Sequence record: DRR723986_5604 | Length of the DNA: 53,214 nucleotides | Direction: 5' to 3' (one strand) | Shown here: positions 1-9,401 of the stretch, in pieces | Position numbering within the stretch: the stretch's first letter is position 1 | How the letters are laid out: every line of letters begins with the position of its first letter | Made by a program: the position numbers and the translations under genes | The notes under the pieces: model-generated | Seen by the model: the letters and a program-made list of their open reading frames with translations, nothing else | Told to the model about the DNA's origin: nothing | Databases searched by the model: none

Positions 1-1674
1 ATGCTGACCTGCATCCGCAAGGCCTTCGACATGCTGGAGAGCCACAAGGGCATCCATCACACGCTGGCCAGCATTCCGCCGGACGACCAGCCGACCTATG
101 ACATGCTGTGCCGGGCCGACAGTATCGGCGTGTTCCAGGTGGAGAGCCGCGCGCAAATGGCGATGCTGCCGCGTCTGCGCCCACGCGTGTTCTACGATCT
201 CGTGATCGAGGTCGCCATCGTGCGACCCGGCCCGATCCAGGGCAACATGGTCCACCCTTACCTGCGCCGCCGGAACGGGACGGAACCCGTGCGCTTTCCC
301 AGCCCCGCCCCCGAACATGGCCCGACGGACGAACTGGAACAGATCCTGGCACGCACCAAGGGCGTGCCGCTCTTCCAGGAACAGGCGATGCAGATCGCCA
401 TCGATGCTGCGAAGTTTACGCCCGACGAAGCCAATGGCTTGCGCCGCGCCATGGCAACGTTCCGCCACCTCGGCACGATCCACAATTATGAAGAGATGCT
501 GGTCTCCCGCCTGATCGAACGGGGGTATGACCCGGCGTTTGCCCGGTCCTGCTATGAGCAGATCAAGGGCTTTGGCGAATACGGCTTCCCGGAAAGCCAT
601 GCGGCCTCCTTCGCGCTGCTCGTCTATGTATCGTCCTGGCTGAAATGTCACCACCCGGACATTTTCTGCGCCGCCATCCTGAACAGCCAGCCGATGGGGT
701 TCTATGCTCCGGCCCAGCTGGCGCGGGATGCGCAGGAGCATGGCGTCGAGATCCGCCCGGTGGATGTGAACCATTCCGACTGGGACAATACGCTGGAGCC
801 GGTGGAGGATGCCTCCGGCCTGTTCGCCGTGCGCCTCGGCTTCCGGCAGGTGGACGGATTGCGGCAGGCCGACATGGAGCAGCTGATGCTGCACCGCGGC
901 GCAGGCTATGCCAGCCCGGACGCACTGACACGCCGGGCCCGGTTGACACGCGCCGTGCTGGAACGGCTGGCGGCGGCGGACGCGTTCCGCTCCATGGGCC
1001 TGTCGCGGCGCGATGCCCTCTGGAAGATCCGCGGTGAGGCGCCGGGACACGCCCTGCCGCTGTTCGCAGCCGCCGACCTTGCCGAACAGGGCGCGGAGGC
1101 AGATGTGGAGCTGCCACAGGTTCCGCCCTCGGAACATGTGCTGCAGGATTACCAGACGCATCGTATGTCGCTGAAAGGCCATCCGATGCACTTCCTGCGG
1201 AATGCGCATACGCGGCGGGGCATTGTCTCCACCGCCGAAGCCACCGGGCGGCGCAGCGGCCAGCGGGTGGAGACGTCGGGCCTCGTCCTGGTGCGCCAGC
1301 GGCCGGGCTCTGCCAGCGGGGTCGTCTTCGTCACGCTGGAGGATGAAACCGGGATCGCGAATCTCGTCGTCTGGCCGCGCGTGCTGGAACGGTTCCGCAC
1401 GGTCGTGATGCGCGCGCGGATCCTGCATGTCGTCGGCCGGGTCCAGTCCGCCGACAATGTCACCCATATCGTGGCCGAGCGGTTGATCGACTGTACGGAG
1501 GATCTCTCCCTCTTGTCGGAAGATGTGCTGCGCGATCCGCTGAACGGGGTGCTGGCGCGCCCTGACGAGGTCCGCCGGCCTGTGGCCCCGCGCAAGGGAC
1601 CGGCCGGGCGCCCCTCTGGCGGGCGCCATCCGCGCAACGTCCGCGTCATCCCACCAAGCCGGGATTTCCATTGA
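1..1674 (+). CDS. dnaE2: Error-prone DNA polymerase III alpha subunit DnaE2 (5'-truncated by window edge)
   Basis: GVFQVESRAQM, GFGEYGFPESHAASFA, NSQPMGFYAP, OB-fold VRQRPGSA, and the C-terminal SRDFH tail typical of DnaE2. Confidence 0.96.
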   Translation: MLTCIRKAFDMLESHKGIHHTLASIPPDDQPTYDMLCRADSIGVFQVESRAQMAMLPRLRPRVFYDLVIEVAIVRPGPIQGNMVHPYLRRRNGTEPVRFPSPAPEHGPTDELEQILARTKGVPLFQEQAMQIAIDAAKFTPDEANGLRRAMATFRHLGTIHNYEEMLVSRLIERGYDPAFARSCYEQIKGFGEYGFPESHAASFALLVYVSSWLKCHHPDIFCAAILNSQPMGFYAPAQLARDAQEHGVEIRPVDVNHSDWDNTLEPVEDASGLFAVRLGFRQVDGLRQADMEQLMLHRGAGYASPDALTRRARLTRAVLERLAAADAFRSMGLSRRDALWKIRGEAPGHALPLFAAADLAEQGAEADVELPQVPPSEHVLQDYQTHRMSLKGHPMHFLRNAHTRRGIVSTAEATGRRSGQRVETSGLVLVRQRPGSASGVVFVTLEDETGIANLVVWPRVLERFRTVVMRARILHVVGRVQSADNVTHIVAERLIDCTEDLSLLSEDVLRDPLNGVLARPDEVRRPVAPRKGPAGRPSGGRHPRNVRVIPPSRDFH

Positions 1675-1700
1675 GCGGATAACCTGCGGCCCGAAATATA

Positions 1701-1719
1701 TTGACAGTTCTTATGTCAA
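1701..1719. promoter_or_regulatory. Palindromic operator TTGACA-N7-TGTCAA (putative TetR site)
   Basis: ttgaca gttctta tgtcaa; the same core recurs at 6616-6632 and 8481-8497. Confidence 0.6.
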
Positions 1720-1760
1720 TTATTTAGATTTCCCGAAACACATCAATCGGAGGCAACGCC

Positions 1761-2222
1761 ATGGATGTCCGGAACGAAGTTTTCCCATCCGACCCAGCCC
1801 GCATGACACAGATGTTGGAGAAAGGTCCTGACGGCCCGATATTCATGCTCAACCTACTGAAATTCAAGGAAAAAGCTGAGTATGACGATGGCCGCGAGAC
1901 GGACCTTTCCGGACGCGATGCCTACATGATCTACGGCCGGGCGGTGGCCGATATCCTGCCGAAATTCGGCGGACGGGCGGTCTTCGCCGCGGACGTTACC
2001 TTCCTCGCGCTCGGCGAAGTGGAGGAGCTCTGGGACGAAGTCGCCATCGCCATGTATCCCACCCGCGCGGACATGGTGCGCATGTCCCTGTCGGAGGAAT
2101 GGCGCAAAGCCGCCGTCCACCGGTCCGCCGGCCTGAAGGGGCAACTGAACATCGAAACTGTCTTACCCGCAGCCCAGCAGGACTCCCCATGGGCGAAAAA
2201 CCTGATTCAGGAGCAAAAATGA
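1761..2222 (+). CDS. DUF1330-like dimeric alpha/beta barrel protein
   Basis: GPIFMLNLLKFKEKAEY, SGRDAY, WDEVAIAMYP and HRSAGL motifs; GGAGG RBS. Confidence 0.8.
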   Translation: MDVRNEVFPSDPARMTQMLEKGPDGPIFMLNLLKFKEKAEYDDGRETDLSGRDAYMIYGRAVADILPKFGGRAVFAADVTFLALGEVEELWDEVAIAMYPTRADMVRMSLSEEWRKAAVHRSAGLKGQLNIETVLPAAQQDSPWAKNLIQEQK

Positions 2223-2358
2223 CGTTTCTCGCAGTTTCGTCAGCAGCGGGAAGCTTTCCTCAAGACCCAACCTGTTTATTCTGGACTTCTGATTGTGGGG
2301 ATAATTGACGGCATTCGGCTTGCTTTCAGCGTCCGGTGGCATTGGCAAGGAAATAGAC

Positions 2359-2964
2359 ATGGCGACAGACCAGACCACGCAGGACGAAACCCACGTCTCG
2401 GATGGCCGCAGGCTCAGGTCTGAACGCAACCGGCAGAAAATCGTGACCGCGATGATGGAACTGGTTCGCGAGGGGGACTACGACCCAAGCGTTGCCAGCA
2501 TTGCGGAACGCGCCGGCGTTGGCCTCCGCACCGTGTTCCGCCATTTCGACGATGTCGACACGCTTTACCGCGAGATGTCCGGCCAGATGGAGGCCCGCAT
2601 CCTGCCTGAGATCGCCAAGCCTCTGACAACGGAGGCGTGGCAGGATCGCGTCAAGGAGATGATGGGACGCCGCATCCGCATCTTCGAAGACATCATGCCC
2701 GTCCGGATCTGCGCCCGCGTCCGGCGTTTCCGGTCAGAATTCCTGATGGCCAATCACAAGAGGTTTGTGGCGCATGAAACGGCTGCGCTGTCCCTCGCAC
2801 TTCCCAAGGAAGTGCTGGAAAATGAACCGCTGAAACTCGCCTTTGATGTTGCGCTGAGCTTCGACACCTGGCGGCGCCTGCGTCAGGATCAGGAATTCTC
2901 ACGGGCCAAGGCCACCGCGACTCTCGAAGCCATGCTGGATGCGCTCATCGCCGCCGCAGAATGA
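2359..2964 (+). CDS. TetR/AcrR family transcriptional regulator
   Basis: DGRRLRSERNRQKI and HTH SVASIAERAGVGLRTVFRHF; ATG at 2359 follows AAGGA. Confidence 0.9.
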   Translation: MATDQTTQDETHVSDGRRLRSERNRQKIVTAMMELVREGDYDPSVASIAERAGVGLRTVFRHFDDVDTLYREMSGQMEARILPEIAKPLTTEAWQDRVKEMMGRRIRIFEDIMPVRICARVRRFRSEFLMANHKRFVAHETAALSLALPKEVLENEPLKLAFDVALSFDTWRRLRQDQEFSRAKATATLEAMLDALIAAAE

Positions 2965-3857
2965 AGCTGACACACAGTCTCATACTTGCGGCGATGATAG
3001 CCACTGCCTGCAGTGGACCAACTAATCAGAAGACGTCATCCAAGACATGTGGCCTCGCGCCTGGCGCACTGGACACATTGATATCATTCGGACCCGGATC
3101 TTTCGACAAGGGAAAGGATCCGGTCTATCCGGAAGAGTCCCCCACTCTTACTTTGCACATGGATGCATTTGACCTGCTGTCTCATGAAGTAACGAATGCC
3201 GAGTTCGCCCGCTTCGTTGAAGCAACCGGTTATGTAACCGACGCGGAACGCAGCGCAGCGACTGGCGGAGCAGGTGCAGGATCTGCTGTGTTCCAGTCTG
3301 CGGAAGGCTCCATCGGGAAATACCCATGGAAGCTCGTCTCCGGGGCAACCTGGAAGTCACCGGAAGGCCCGGGATCCAGCATATCCGGACGTGAACAGCA
3401 CCCGGTCGTACATGTATCGCTCGCAGATGCCCACGCCTACGCGGCCTGGGCCGGCGGCAGGTTGCCGACAGAGGCCGAATGGGAATATGCCGCGTCTCTT
3501 GGCCTGTCTGACCCGTCGCGTTCCAACTCCGGCGCATATGCCGAAGGCGGTGAACCAATCGCGAATACCTGGCAGGGTATCTTCCCCGTCGCCAATACAG
3601 GTGCTGATGGCTTCAAGGGCACCTCGCCGGTTGGGTGTTTCGGGCCGGATAAAGCCGGCATGTTCGACATGATCGGAAACGTCTGGGAATGGACAGACAC
3701 GCCCTACGGCCCCGGAACGAACACGATCAAGGGCGGCTCTTATCTGTGTGCAGAGAATTTCTGCCGGCGGTACCGCCCGGCCGCACGCCAGCCGGAGGAG
3801 ACGGACTTCTCGTCAAATCACATCGGCTTCCGTATCGCCCGGGATGTGAAACACTGA
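2961..3857 (+). CDS. Formylglycine-generating enzyme (SUMF1/FGE), predicted lipoprotein
   Basis: RLPTEAEWEYA, DMIGNVWEW, and GGSYLCAENFCRRYRPAAR with both catalytic Cys; N-terminal h-region ending ATAC; ATGA overlap with tetR. Confidence 0.9.
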   Translation: MKLTHSLILAAMIATACSGPTNQKTSSKTCGLAPGALDTLISFGPGSFDKGKDPVYPEESPTLTLHMDAFDLLSHEVTNAEFARFVEATGYVTDAERSAATGGAGAGSAVFQSAEGSIGKYPWKLVSGATWKSPEGPGSSISGREQHPVVHVSLADAHAYAAWAGGRLPTEAEWEYAASLGLSDPSRSNSGAYAEGGEPIANTWQGIFPVANTGADGFKGTSPVGCFGPDKAGMFDMIGNVWEWTDTPYGPGTNTIKGGSYLCAENFCRRYRPAARQPEETDFSSNHIGFRIARDVKH

Positions 3858-3861
3858 ACAG

Positions 3862-5523
3862 TCAGTTCGGCCAATAGACATATTCTGCCCCAGCCTCGAA
3901 CCGGTCTGCCGCAGTCTTGTCGACCATGATTGGGCTCTCCACGGTGTAAGGATAGAGAGGCTCCCGCGCATTCGCCCAATGCGCATCGATCAGAGACTGA
4001 AGCTCTGCGACCTTGTCCGGCATGGAATCCGCGAGGTTTTTCTGCTCCGTTGGATCATCCGCCAGATTGAACAGCCAGGATTTCTCCTGCCGTCCATTTA
4101 CCTGCAGTTTCCAGTCGCCAGCGCGTACGACACGGTAATAGCCGCTGGACCAGAAGATCGCATCATCCTGCCGTTCAATGTGCCCGCTCCCTGTCGCTTC
4201 TGGCAGCAGGTTTTCTCCATCAATCTCCACACCCGCCGGCAAGACCGCACCTGCGATTGCGGCCAGAGTTGGCATCAGGTCTACATGCGCCACGGGGGTC
4301 TCTATCGTGGAGTCAGCGGCAATTTTGCCAGGCCAGGAAACAAACATCGGCACTCGGATGCCGCCCTCGAACAGGGTGATCTTCCACCCCCTGTATGGGG
4401 CATTCACTTCCGGCAAGCCGATATACCCCGCGCCGCCATTGTCGGACGTAAAGACGATGACCGTATTGTCCGAGAGCCCCTCTTCCTCCAGCTTATCCAT
4501 GATGCGGCCGACACTCCGGTCGAGCGCACGCACCATCGCCGCATAGACTCTCAAGCGCTCCGGCTGGATGTCTCCCACGGCATCATAGTCTTCCTGAGTG
4601 GCCTGCAGCGGTGTGTGTACGCCCCAATGGGCAAGATAGAGGAAAAACGGCCGATTGCGGTTCGCTTCGATCACCTTGCTGGCTTCATCGGTCCAGTAAT
4701 CGGTCAGATATCCACCCGGCTCGAACCATTCACTGTTATTGAACGATGCCGCGTACTGCATGCGTGCCCAGAGGAATTGGTCAATGGGATCGAAGTCCAG
4801 CTTGGCGTTGACCACATCCGGATCATCGCCGGGAAGATAAAGGCCACTCGCCATCAGCAGGCTTTCATCAAACCCTTGCGCGGTTGGACGCGACTCTTCA
4901 CTACGCCCCAGGTGCCATTTCCCGATATGGACCGTATGATACCCGGCCTGTTTCAACAGCTCAGCAACCGTCACTTCTTCACCCGGCAAGCCCTGCTCTT
5001 CAAACGGTACACCGCCTTCATCCGCCTGCTTGTTCCAGAGGATCGGAGGAAGACCGTTGTCCATGTCGTTCCCAATCCTGGAAACGATCCCCCCCATCCC
5101 GGCTGGCGTTGGTGTAAACTCAAAACCTGTACGGGTCGGATAGCGCCCGGTCATCAGCATCGCACGAGAAGGCGCGCAGGTTCCTGTGCCAGCGTAAGCT
5201 TGTTGGAATATCGCGCCTCGCGCAGCAAGCCGGTCGATGTTCGGGGTGGGAACAAGCCCGCCTGCTACACCGCCGCCGAACGTCGAGATGTCGTTGATGC
5301 CCAGATCATCCGCCACGATGAAAACGATGTTCGGTGGGCCTTCCGATCTGTCGGCCTGCCGACGTTCTGGCCCCTGATCCCAGGCAATCTCCTGATTGGG
5401 CGCCACGTCCACCCGGCCGGTATGCGACACCAGAAACAGGATCACGGTTTTCTTGTTGAACCAGGCAAGTCCGGCAATAGCGACCAGAATCGTGGCAATT
5501 GCGATGAGAATTTTTTTCAGCAT
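3862..5523 (-). CDS. Cys-type sulfatase with N-terminal membrane anchor/signal
   Basis: NIVFIVADDLG, CAPSR signature, GKWHLG, FTSDNG. Confidence 0.93.
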   Translation of the reverse strand: MLKKILIAIATILVAIAGLAWFNKKTVILFLVSHTGRVDVAPNQEIAWDQGPERRQADRSEGPPNIVFIVADDLGINDISTFGGGVAGGLVPTPNIDRLAARGAIFQQAYAGTGTCAPSRAMLMTGRYPTRTGFEFTPTPAGMGGIVSRIGNDMDNGLPPILWNKQADEGGVPFEEQGLPGEEVTVAELLKQAGYHTVHIGKWHLGRSEESRPTAQGFDESLLMASGLYLPGDDPDVVNAKLDFDPIDQFLWARMQYAASFNNSEWFEPGGYLTDYWTDEASKVIEANRNRPFFLYLAHWGVHTPLQATQEDYDAVGDIQPERLRVYAAMVRALDRSVGRIMDKLEEEGLSDNTVIVFTSDNGGAGYIGLPEVNAPYRGWKITLFEGGIRVPMFVSWPGKIAADSTIETPVAHVDLMPTLAAIAGAVLPAGVEIDGENLLPEATGSGHIERQDDAIFWSSGYYRVVRAGDWKLQVNGRQEKSWLFNLADDPTEQKNLADSMPDKVAELQSLIDAHWANAREPLYPYTVESPIMVDKTAADRFEAGAEYVYWPN

Positions 5524-5535
5524 GTTTGCCTGCGC

Positions 5536-6573
5536 CTAACTGAGCAATTCTTCACAGCCCGTACCGGTCAGAATCTTCTGGACTTCACCCCGGGCGGCTG
5601 CGGGAAGCGCGGTGGCTTCTTCACGTAAATGCTTCAGGCATTTGGCTTGATACGGGAATGTCGGCTGTTTCCAGATCTGACCATCTATTTCCGTTTCAAA
5701 CTCGGGCTTTCCGGCGATGGCCGCCGCAGCATTCGCTTTGAGGAACGGGAGGTAGACCCGGCCTATTTCGCGAAGCAATGGTTTAAGCCGTTCTTCCGCC
5801 TGCTCACAGGTGAACCAGTCACCGTCTTCCGGTTCTAAACCGGACAAGTCTTCCACCCGGTCCAGCCAGGCTCTGACCCGGGCGGAGCGCCCGCTCGTCA
5901 AAGCTGCAGAGGTCGGCTCCACGATAGCGAGCTGCGTGAGCTGTCCATAAATTGCGAAATCGGCTGAAGAGGGCCGGGCGCCGAGCACATAGCCCGCGCC
6001 TTGCAACAAGGCATCCAGAAGGTCGATGAAGCGGAGATAGCTGGATTCAATGGTCGACGCGGTGACGTCATTCGAACCAACGACATAAAGCCGCTCAGTC
6101 TGCCGTTTACTGAACATGTCCGCCATTTTCTGCGCATCCGGCGCGGCAAGCGTCGGCAGAGACCAGTAGACGAGCAAAGGCGCGGCATTGTCACGGTCTG
6201 CTTCGAAATACCAGCGATAGTGGAACATGGCCTTGGTCAGCCATTCATCCGCATAATCTTCGATCAACTCATTCAGGAAAGCGAGCGCCGGATTTTCCGG
6301 AATGACGCTCCGGCCAGCATAGTCCCGTTCCAGCCGGCGGGTGATGGGTGTGGAATCGACTACAGCCTCAACATCACCGTTTCCATCAGGAAAATAGAAA
6401 GTCGGTAGCAGCTTCACCTTCGGCTGCGGAAGGCCTGGAGGCGGGTTTTGGTGCCCGCCCCAGAGAACCGCGTAGGAAATCCGTCGATACCGCAGCAAAG
6501 CCACCATCTTGCGTGTATACGGCGAACCGGGCGCGCCCATCAGCTTGAGACGATCGTCACCTGTGACGTCCAT
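5536..6573 (-). CDS. Glutathione S-transferase family protein
   Basis: GAPGSPYTRKM, LLPTF, DSTPI, and RPSSADF N-capping box; start chosen at the ATG after GGAGG. Confidence 0.8.
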   Translation of the reverse strand: MDVTGDDRLKLMGAPGSPYTRKMVALLRYRRISYAVLWGGHQNPPPGLPQPKVKLLPTFYFPDGNGDVEAVVDSTPITRRLERDYAGRSVIPENPALAFLNELIEDYADEWLTKAMFHYRWYFEADRDNAAPLLVYWSLPTLAAPDAQKMADMFSKRQTERLYVVGSNDVTASTIESSYLRFIDLLDALLQGAGYVLGARPSSADFAIYGQLTQLAIVEPTSAALTSGRSARVRAWLDRVEDLSGLEPEDGDWFTCEQAEERLKPLLREIGRVYLPFLKANAAAAIAGKPEFETEIDGQIWKQPTFPYQAKCLKHLREEATALPAAARGEVQKILTGTGCEELLS

Positions 6574-6615
6574 GTTTCCTCCCTGCCCGCGTGCCGGGTC
6601 TTGTCCTTTATTTAT

Positions 6616-6632
6616 TGGCACTCTTTCTGTCA
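6616..6632. promoter_or_regulatory. Operator copy TGGCA-N7-TGTCA upstream of the GST-sulfatase unit
   Basis: tggca ctctttc tgtca; 1 mismatch to the motif at 1702 and 8481. Confidence 0.5.
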
Positions 6633-6663
6633 TTTATTTCCGGGTCAATAGAAGATCGCCGGG

Positions 6664-8457
6664 TCAACGCCGGATGAGACGCCGGACCAAGTAAACCAGG
6701 AAGCCGGCAATCGTGATGACTCCGATGAACAGGACGAGCAATTGAGGCCAATAGGCCTTGAACTGACGCGCCATTGTATTGCGCGTGATCTCTCTCAAAG
6801 AGCTATAGCCTTCCGGCACTTCCAGAACGCCGACACGCTTGCTATAAGCCTGATACTCATCCAGCATGTCCGCGAAGACACCCGGCTTGTCCGCGCTCAG
6901 ATCCTTCGTCTCCCCCGGATCCTGCTCGATATCATATAGCCGCCACTGGCCATCACCATGCGGCTTCTGATTGCGGGTGATCTTCCAGCGGCCCTTCAGG
7001 ATGGCAGAATTGCCCGATACTTCCATCCCGATCACATCGTCAGGCTGGTATACCGCCGCTTGCGCACCGGACAGGATCGGCCCTAAGCTGCGCCCGGTCA
7101 TCACATTATCCGGTGCTTCAATTCCCGCGTATTTCAGCAAGGTTGGCGCGATATCCGTCACAACTGTCCGGGCATCGACGGCCTCTCCTTCCGGCACGCC
7201 GGGCCCTGCCATGACCAGCGGCACGCGTAGGCCACCCTCCGATCCAAGAAACTTGAACATGTTATTGGGGGACGCCGCCGCGATCGCCCATTCCGGACCG
7301 ATAAAGCCCCAACTTCCCTGCTCCCCAATGCCATCAATGCCGATGTGATAGCCGTGCATCTTCATCCAGATCGTCAGGCGGATGTCTTCATCGCCGCGCG
7401 ATGGTTCCGGTCCATTGTCGGACGTCACGACGAAGATTGTATTTTCATACTGACCGGTCTGTTCGAGGTGATCGATGAGCCGGCCGATCTCGATGTCCAT
7501 GGCCTCCATCATGGCAGCGTTCACCTGCATCCGTGCTGCATAGAGGGCCTGATCGTCCGGGGAGAGATCGTTCCATGCGCGCATCTCTTCCGGCATATCG
7601 GCGAGCGGCGCATTCTCCGGAATCAAGCCGATCTCTTTCGCCTTTTGCCAGCGCGCTGTCCGCAGTGCATTCCACCCCTGGTCATAGACACCATCATATT
7701 CTGCGGTCAGTTGCGGAGGCGCCTGGACTGGAATGTGGATTGCCTGGAATGCCACATAGGCAAAGAATGGCTGATCCTGATCGCCCTCATCGAGATAGTC
7801 GATCATGTGATCGACGATCATGGTGGACGAGTAAAACGAGTCCGGCAGCTCTGCAGGCGCTCCATCCTCATACCATGGCGCTTTTTGATAATACGGCATG
7901 TAAGGCTTAGGAGACCAGTTATCGGCACCGGATGCATCCAGCGCCAGAGACCGGTCAAATCCATGTGCGTTGGGCAAGTCACCCGCGCCGCTGCCGAGAT
8001 GCCATTTACCGGACATCAGCGTCCGGTATCCGGTCGTCTTCAGCCTGTCTGCGAGAGTCAGGACGCCCGGTTCAAGATGCATCGTGTAGCCGGGCTGACC
8101 GACATGCTCCTTCGGCAGCACTTCGGGAATCGTGGCGATGCCGGTCATGTGATTGTCCATGCCGGTCAGGAGCATGGCCCGCGATGGCGAACAGAGAGGA
8201 GATGAATAATGCCGCCGGAACATGGCCCCGCGCGCGGCAAGCGCGTCGATGTTGGGTGTGCGCGCCTCTCCGCCATAGATGCCGAAGTCCATCAATGCCG
8301 CATCATCGACCAGGATAAGGACGATATTGGGCCGCGTAACTTCCGATTGGGCCTCGGCGGCCATGCCAGTACCGAACAGGGCGATCGCTGCGGTGATCCC
8401 CCCACCCAGCCATGCGAAACTTTTCCGAACGAAACCGCTCGCTTTCCAATCCGGCAT
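6664..8457 (-). CDS. Arylsulfatase (AtsA-like, Cys-type) with signal peptide and C-terminal TM anchor
   Basis: NIVLILVDD, CSPSR, GKWHLG, TSDNG; C-terminus WPQLLVLFIGVITIAGFLVYLVRRLIRR; start uncertain. Confidence 0.9.
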   Translation of the reverse strand: MPDWKASGFVRKSFAWLGGGITAAIALFGTGMAAEAQSEVTRPNIVLILVDDAALMDFGIYGGEARTPNIDALAARGAMFRRHYSSPLCSPSRAMLLTGMDNHMTGIATIPEVLPKEHVGQPGYTMHLEPGVLTLADRLKTTGYRTLMSGKWHLGSGAGDLPNAHGFDRSLALDASGADNWSPKPYMPYYQKAPWYEDGAPAELPDSFYSSTMIVDHMIDYLDEGDQDQPFFAYVAFQAIHIPVQAPPQLTAEYDGVYDQGWNALRTARWQKAKEIGLIPENAPLADMPEEMRAWNDLSPDDQALYAARMQVNAAMMEAMDIEIGRLIDHLEQTGQYENTIFVVTSDNGPEPSRGDEDIRLTIWMKMHGYHIGIDGIGEQGSWGFIGPEWAIAAASPNNMFKFLGSEGGLRVPLVMAGPGVPEGEAVDARTVVTDIAPTLLKYAGIEAPDNVMTGRSLGPILSGAQAAVYQPDDVIGMEVSGNSAILKGRWKITRNQKPHGDGQWRLYDIEQDPGETKDLSADKPGVFADMLDEYQAYSKRVGVLEVPEGYSSLREITRNTMARQFKAYWPQLLVLFIGVITIAGFLVYLVRRLIRR

Positions 8458-8480
8458 ATCTACCCCTGACTCAGATATAA

Positions 8481-8497
8481 TGACACTCGAAATGTCA
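8481..8497. promoter_or_regulatory. Operator copy TGACA-N7-TGTCA upstream of the arylsulfatase
   Basis: tgaca ctcgaaa tgtca. Confidence 0.6.
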
Positions 8498-8582
8498 CCA
8501 GTTTGATCTTTTGTCAAAGTCTGGGCTGAAAACCGCAGAGAATATATCGGCGCAAAATTCCGGAATTCAGGGTCCTTTGAGG

Positions 8583-9401
8583 TCAGACGGCCGGATCGCT
8601 GGAGCCTCTCCAGTCGGGCCGCTTCGTAATATCGCGCCCAAGGCTTGTGCCGGGTGCAAGGCGTTCGGGACCGTGCCGGTGGTAACGGGCGCCTTTCAGG
8701 ACCAGCTTGAACGCTTCCCAATGGATGCCTGCGATGACACCCAGCGTCATGAATGGAAATTTGGCCAGCAGTCCAAGCGTGGTTCTCGTCGTGAGCGGCT
8801 TTGCCTTCCCGGCGAGGTGCGCGGACATCCGCTCCATTCCGCCGTCACGATAGGATATGGAAAGCGCGACTTTGTCGGATGGCGGCCGGACAATAAATTC
8901 GTAACGGCCGCGCTGATCGAAGAAGGGAGAGACATAGAAGGCCTTATCGCACTCATGTCGGCAAAGCCCGTCACTCAGGTCTGCCGCACAAAGATAAAAA
9001 TGCCGCTCACCGAACGTGTTGCCGACTTCATAGAGCACATGATGTATCTCCCCTGCCTGATCGTAGAGAAAATAGACCGAGACCGGATTGAACACATAGC
9101 CGAACATCCGCGGTAGAGTCAGGAGTTCAATTCTGGACACATCTTCCTGAACACCTTGGTTGGCGACGAATGTACGAACCCAGGCCGCCAGCTCCTCCGT
9201 CTCGCCTTCTCCATGATCCCGAGGGTCGAAACTGATCAGCCCGCGCTTCCCGATATTGAAGAACCGCGACAGGCGTCCCGCTTCCTCCAGTCGGTCCAGA
9301 TCAAGCAGGAGATAGGCAATCCGGTAACGCAAAACATGCGAAATTCCACCAAACCGCCTGTGGCTCACTTGCCCAGTAAAATATTGCGCCGGTTGTTTCA
9401 C
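8583..9401 (-). CDS. DUF1365 family protein (UfaO-like)
   Basis: HRRF, PRMFGYVFNPVS, EVGNTFGERH, KAFYVSPF, IHWEA; GTGA overlap with the upstream gene. Confidence 0.9.
   Translation of the reverse strand: MKQPAQYFTGQVSHRRFGGISHVLRYRIAYLLLDLDRLEEAGRLSRFFNIGKRGLISFDPRDHGEGETEELAAWVRTFVANQGVQEDVSRIELLTLPRMFGYVFNPVSVYFLYDQAGEIHHVLYEVGNTFGERHFYLCAADLSDGLCRHECDKAFYVSPFFDQRGRYEFIVRPPSDKVALSISYRDGGMERMSAHLAGKAKPLTTRTTLGLLAKFPFMTLGVIAGIHWEAFKLVLKGARYHRHGPERLAPGTSLGRDITKRPDWRGSSDPAV

Noticed and set aside
3979-5628. Long antisense ORFs (549 aa here; also 23189-24613, 28810-30036, 51698-52705 and others)
   Set aside because: They are shadows of well-supported genes on the opposite strand in GC-rich DNA and have no motifs
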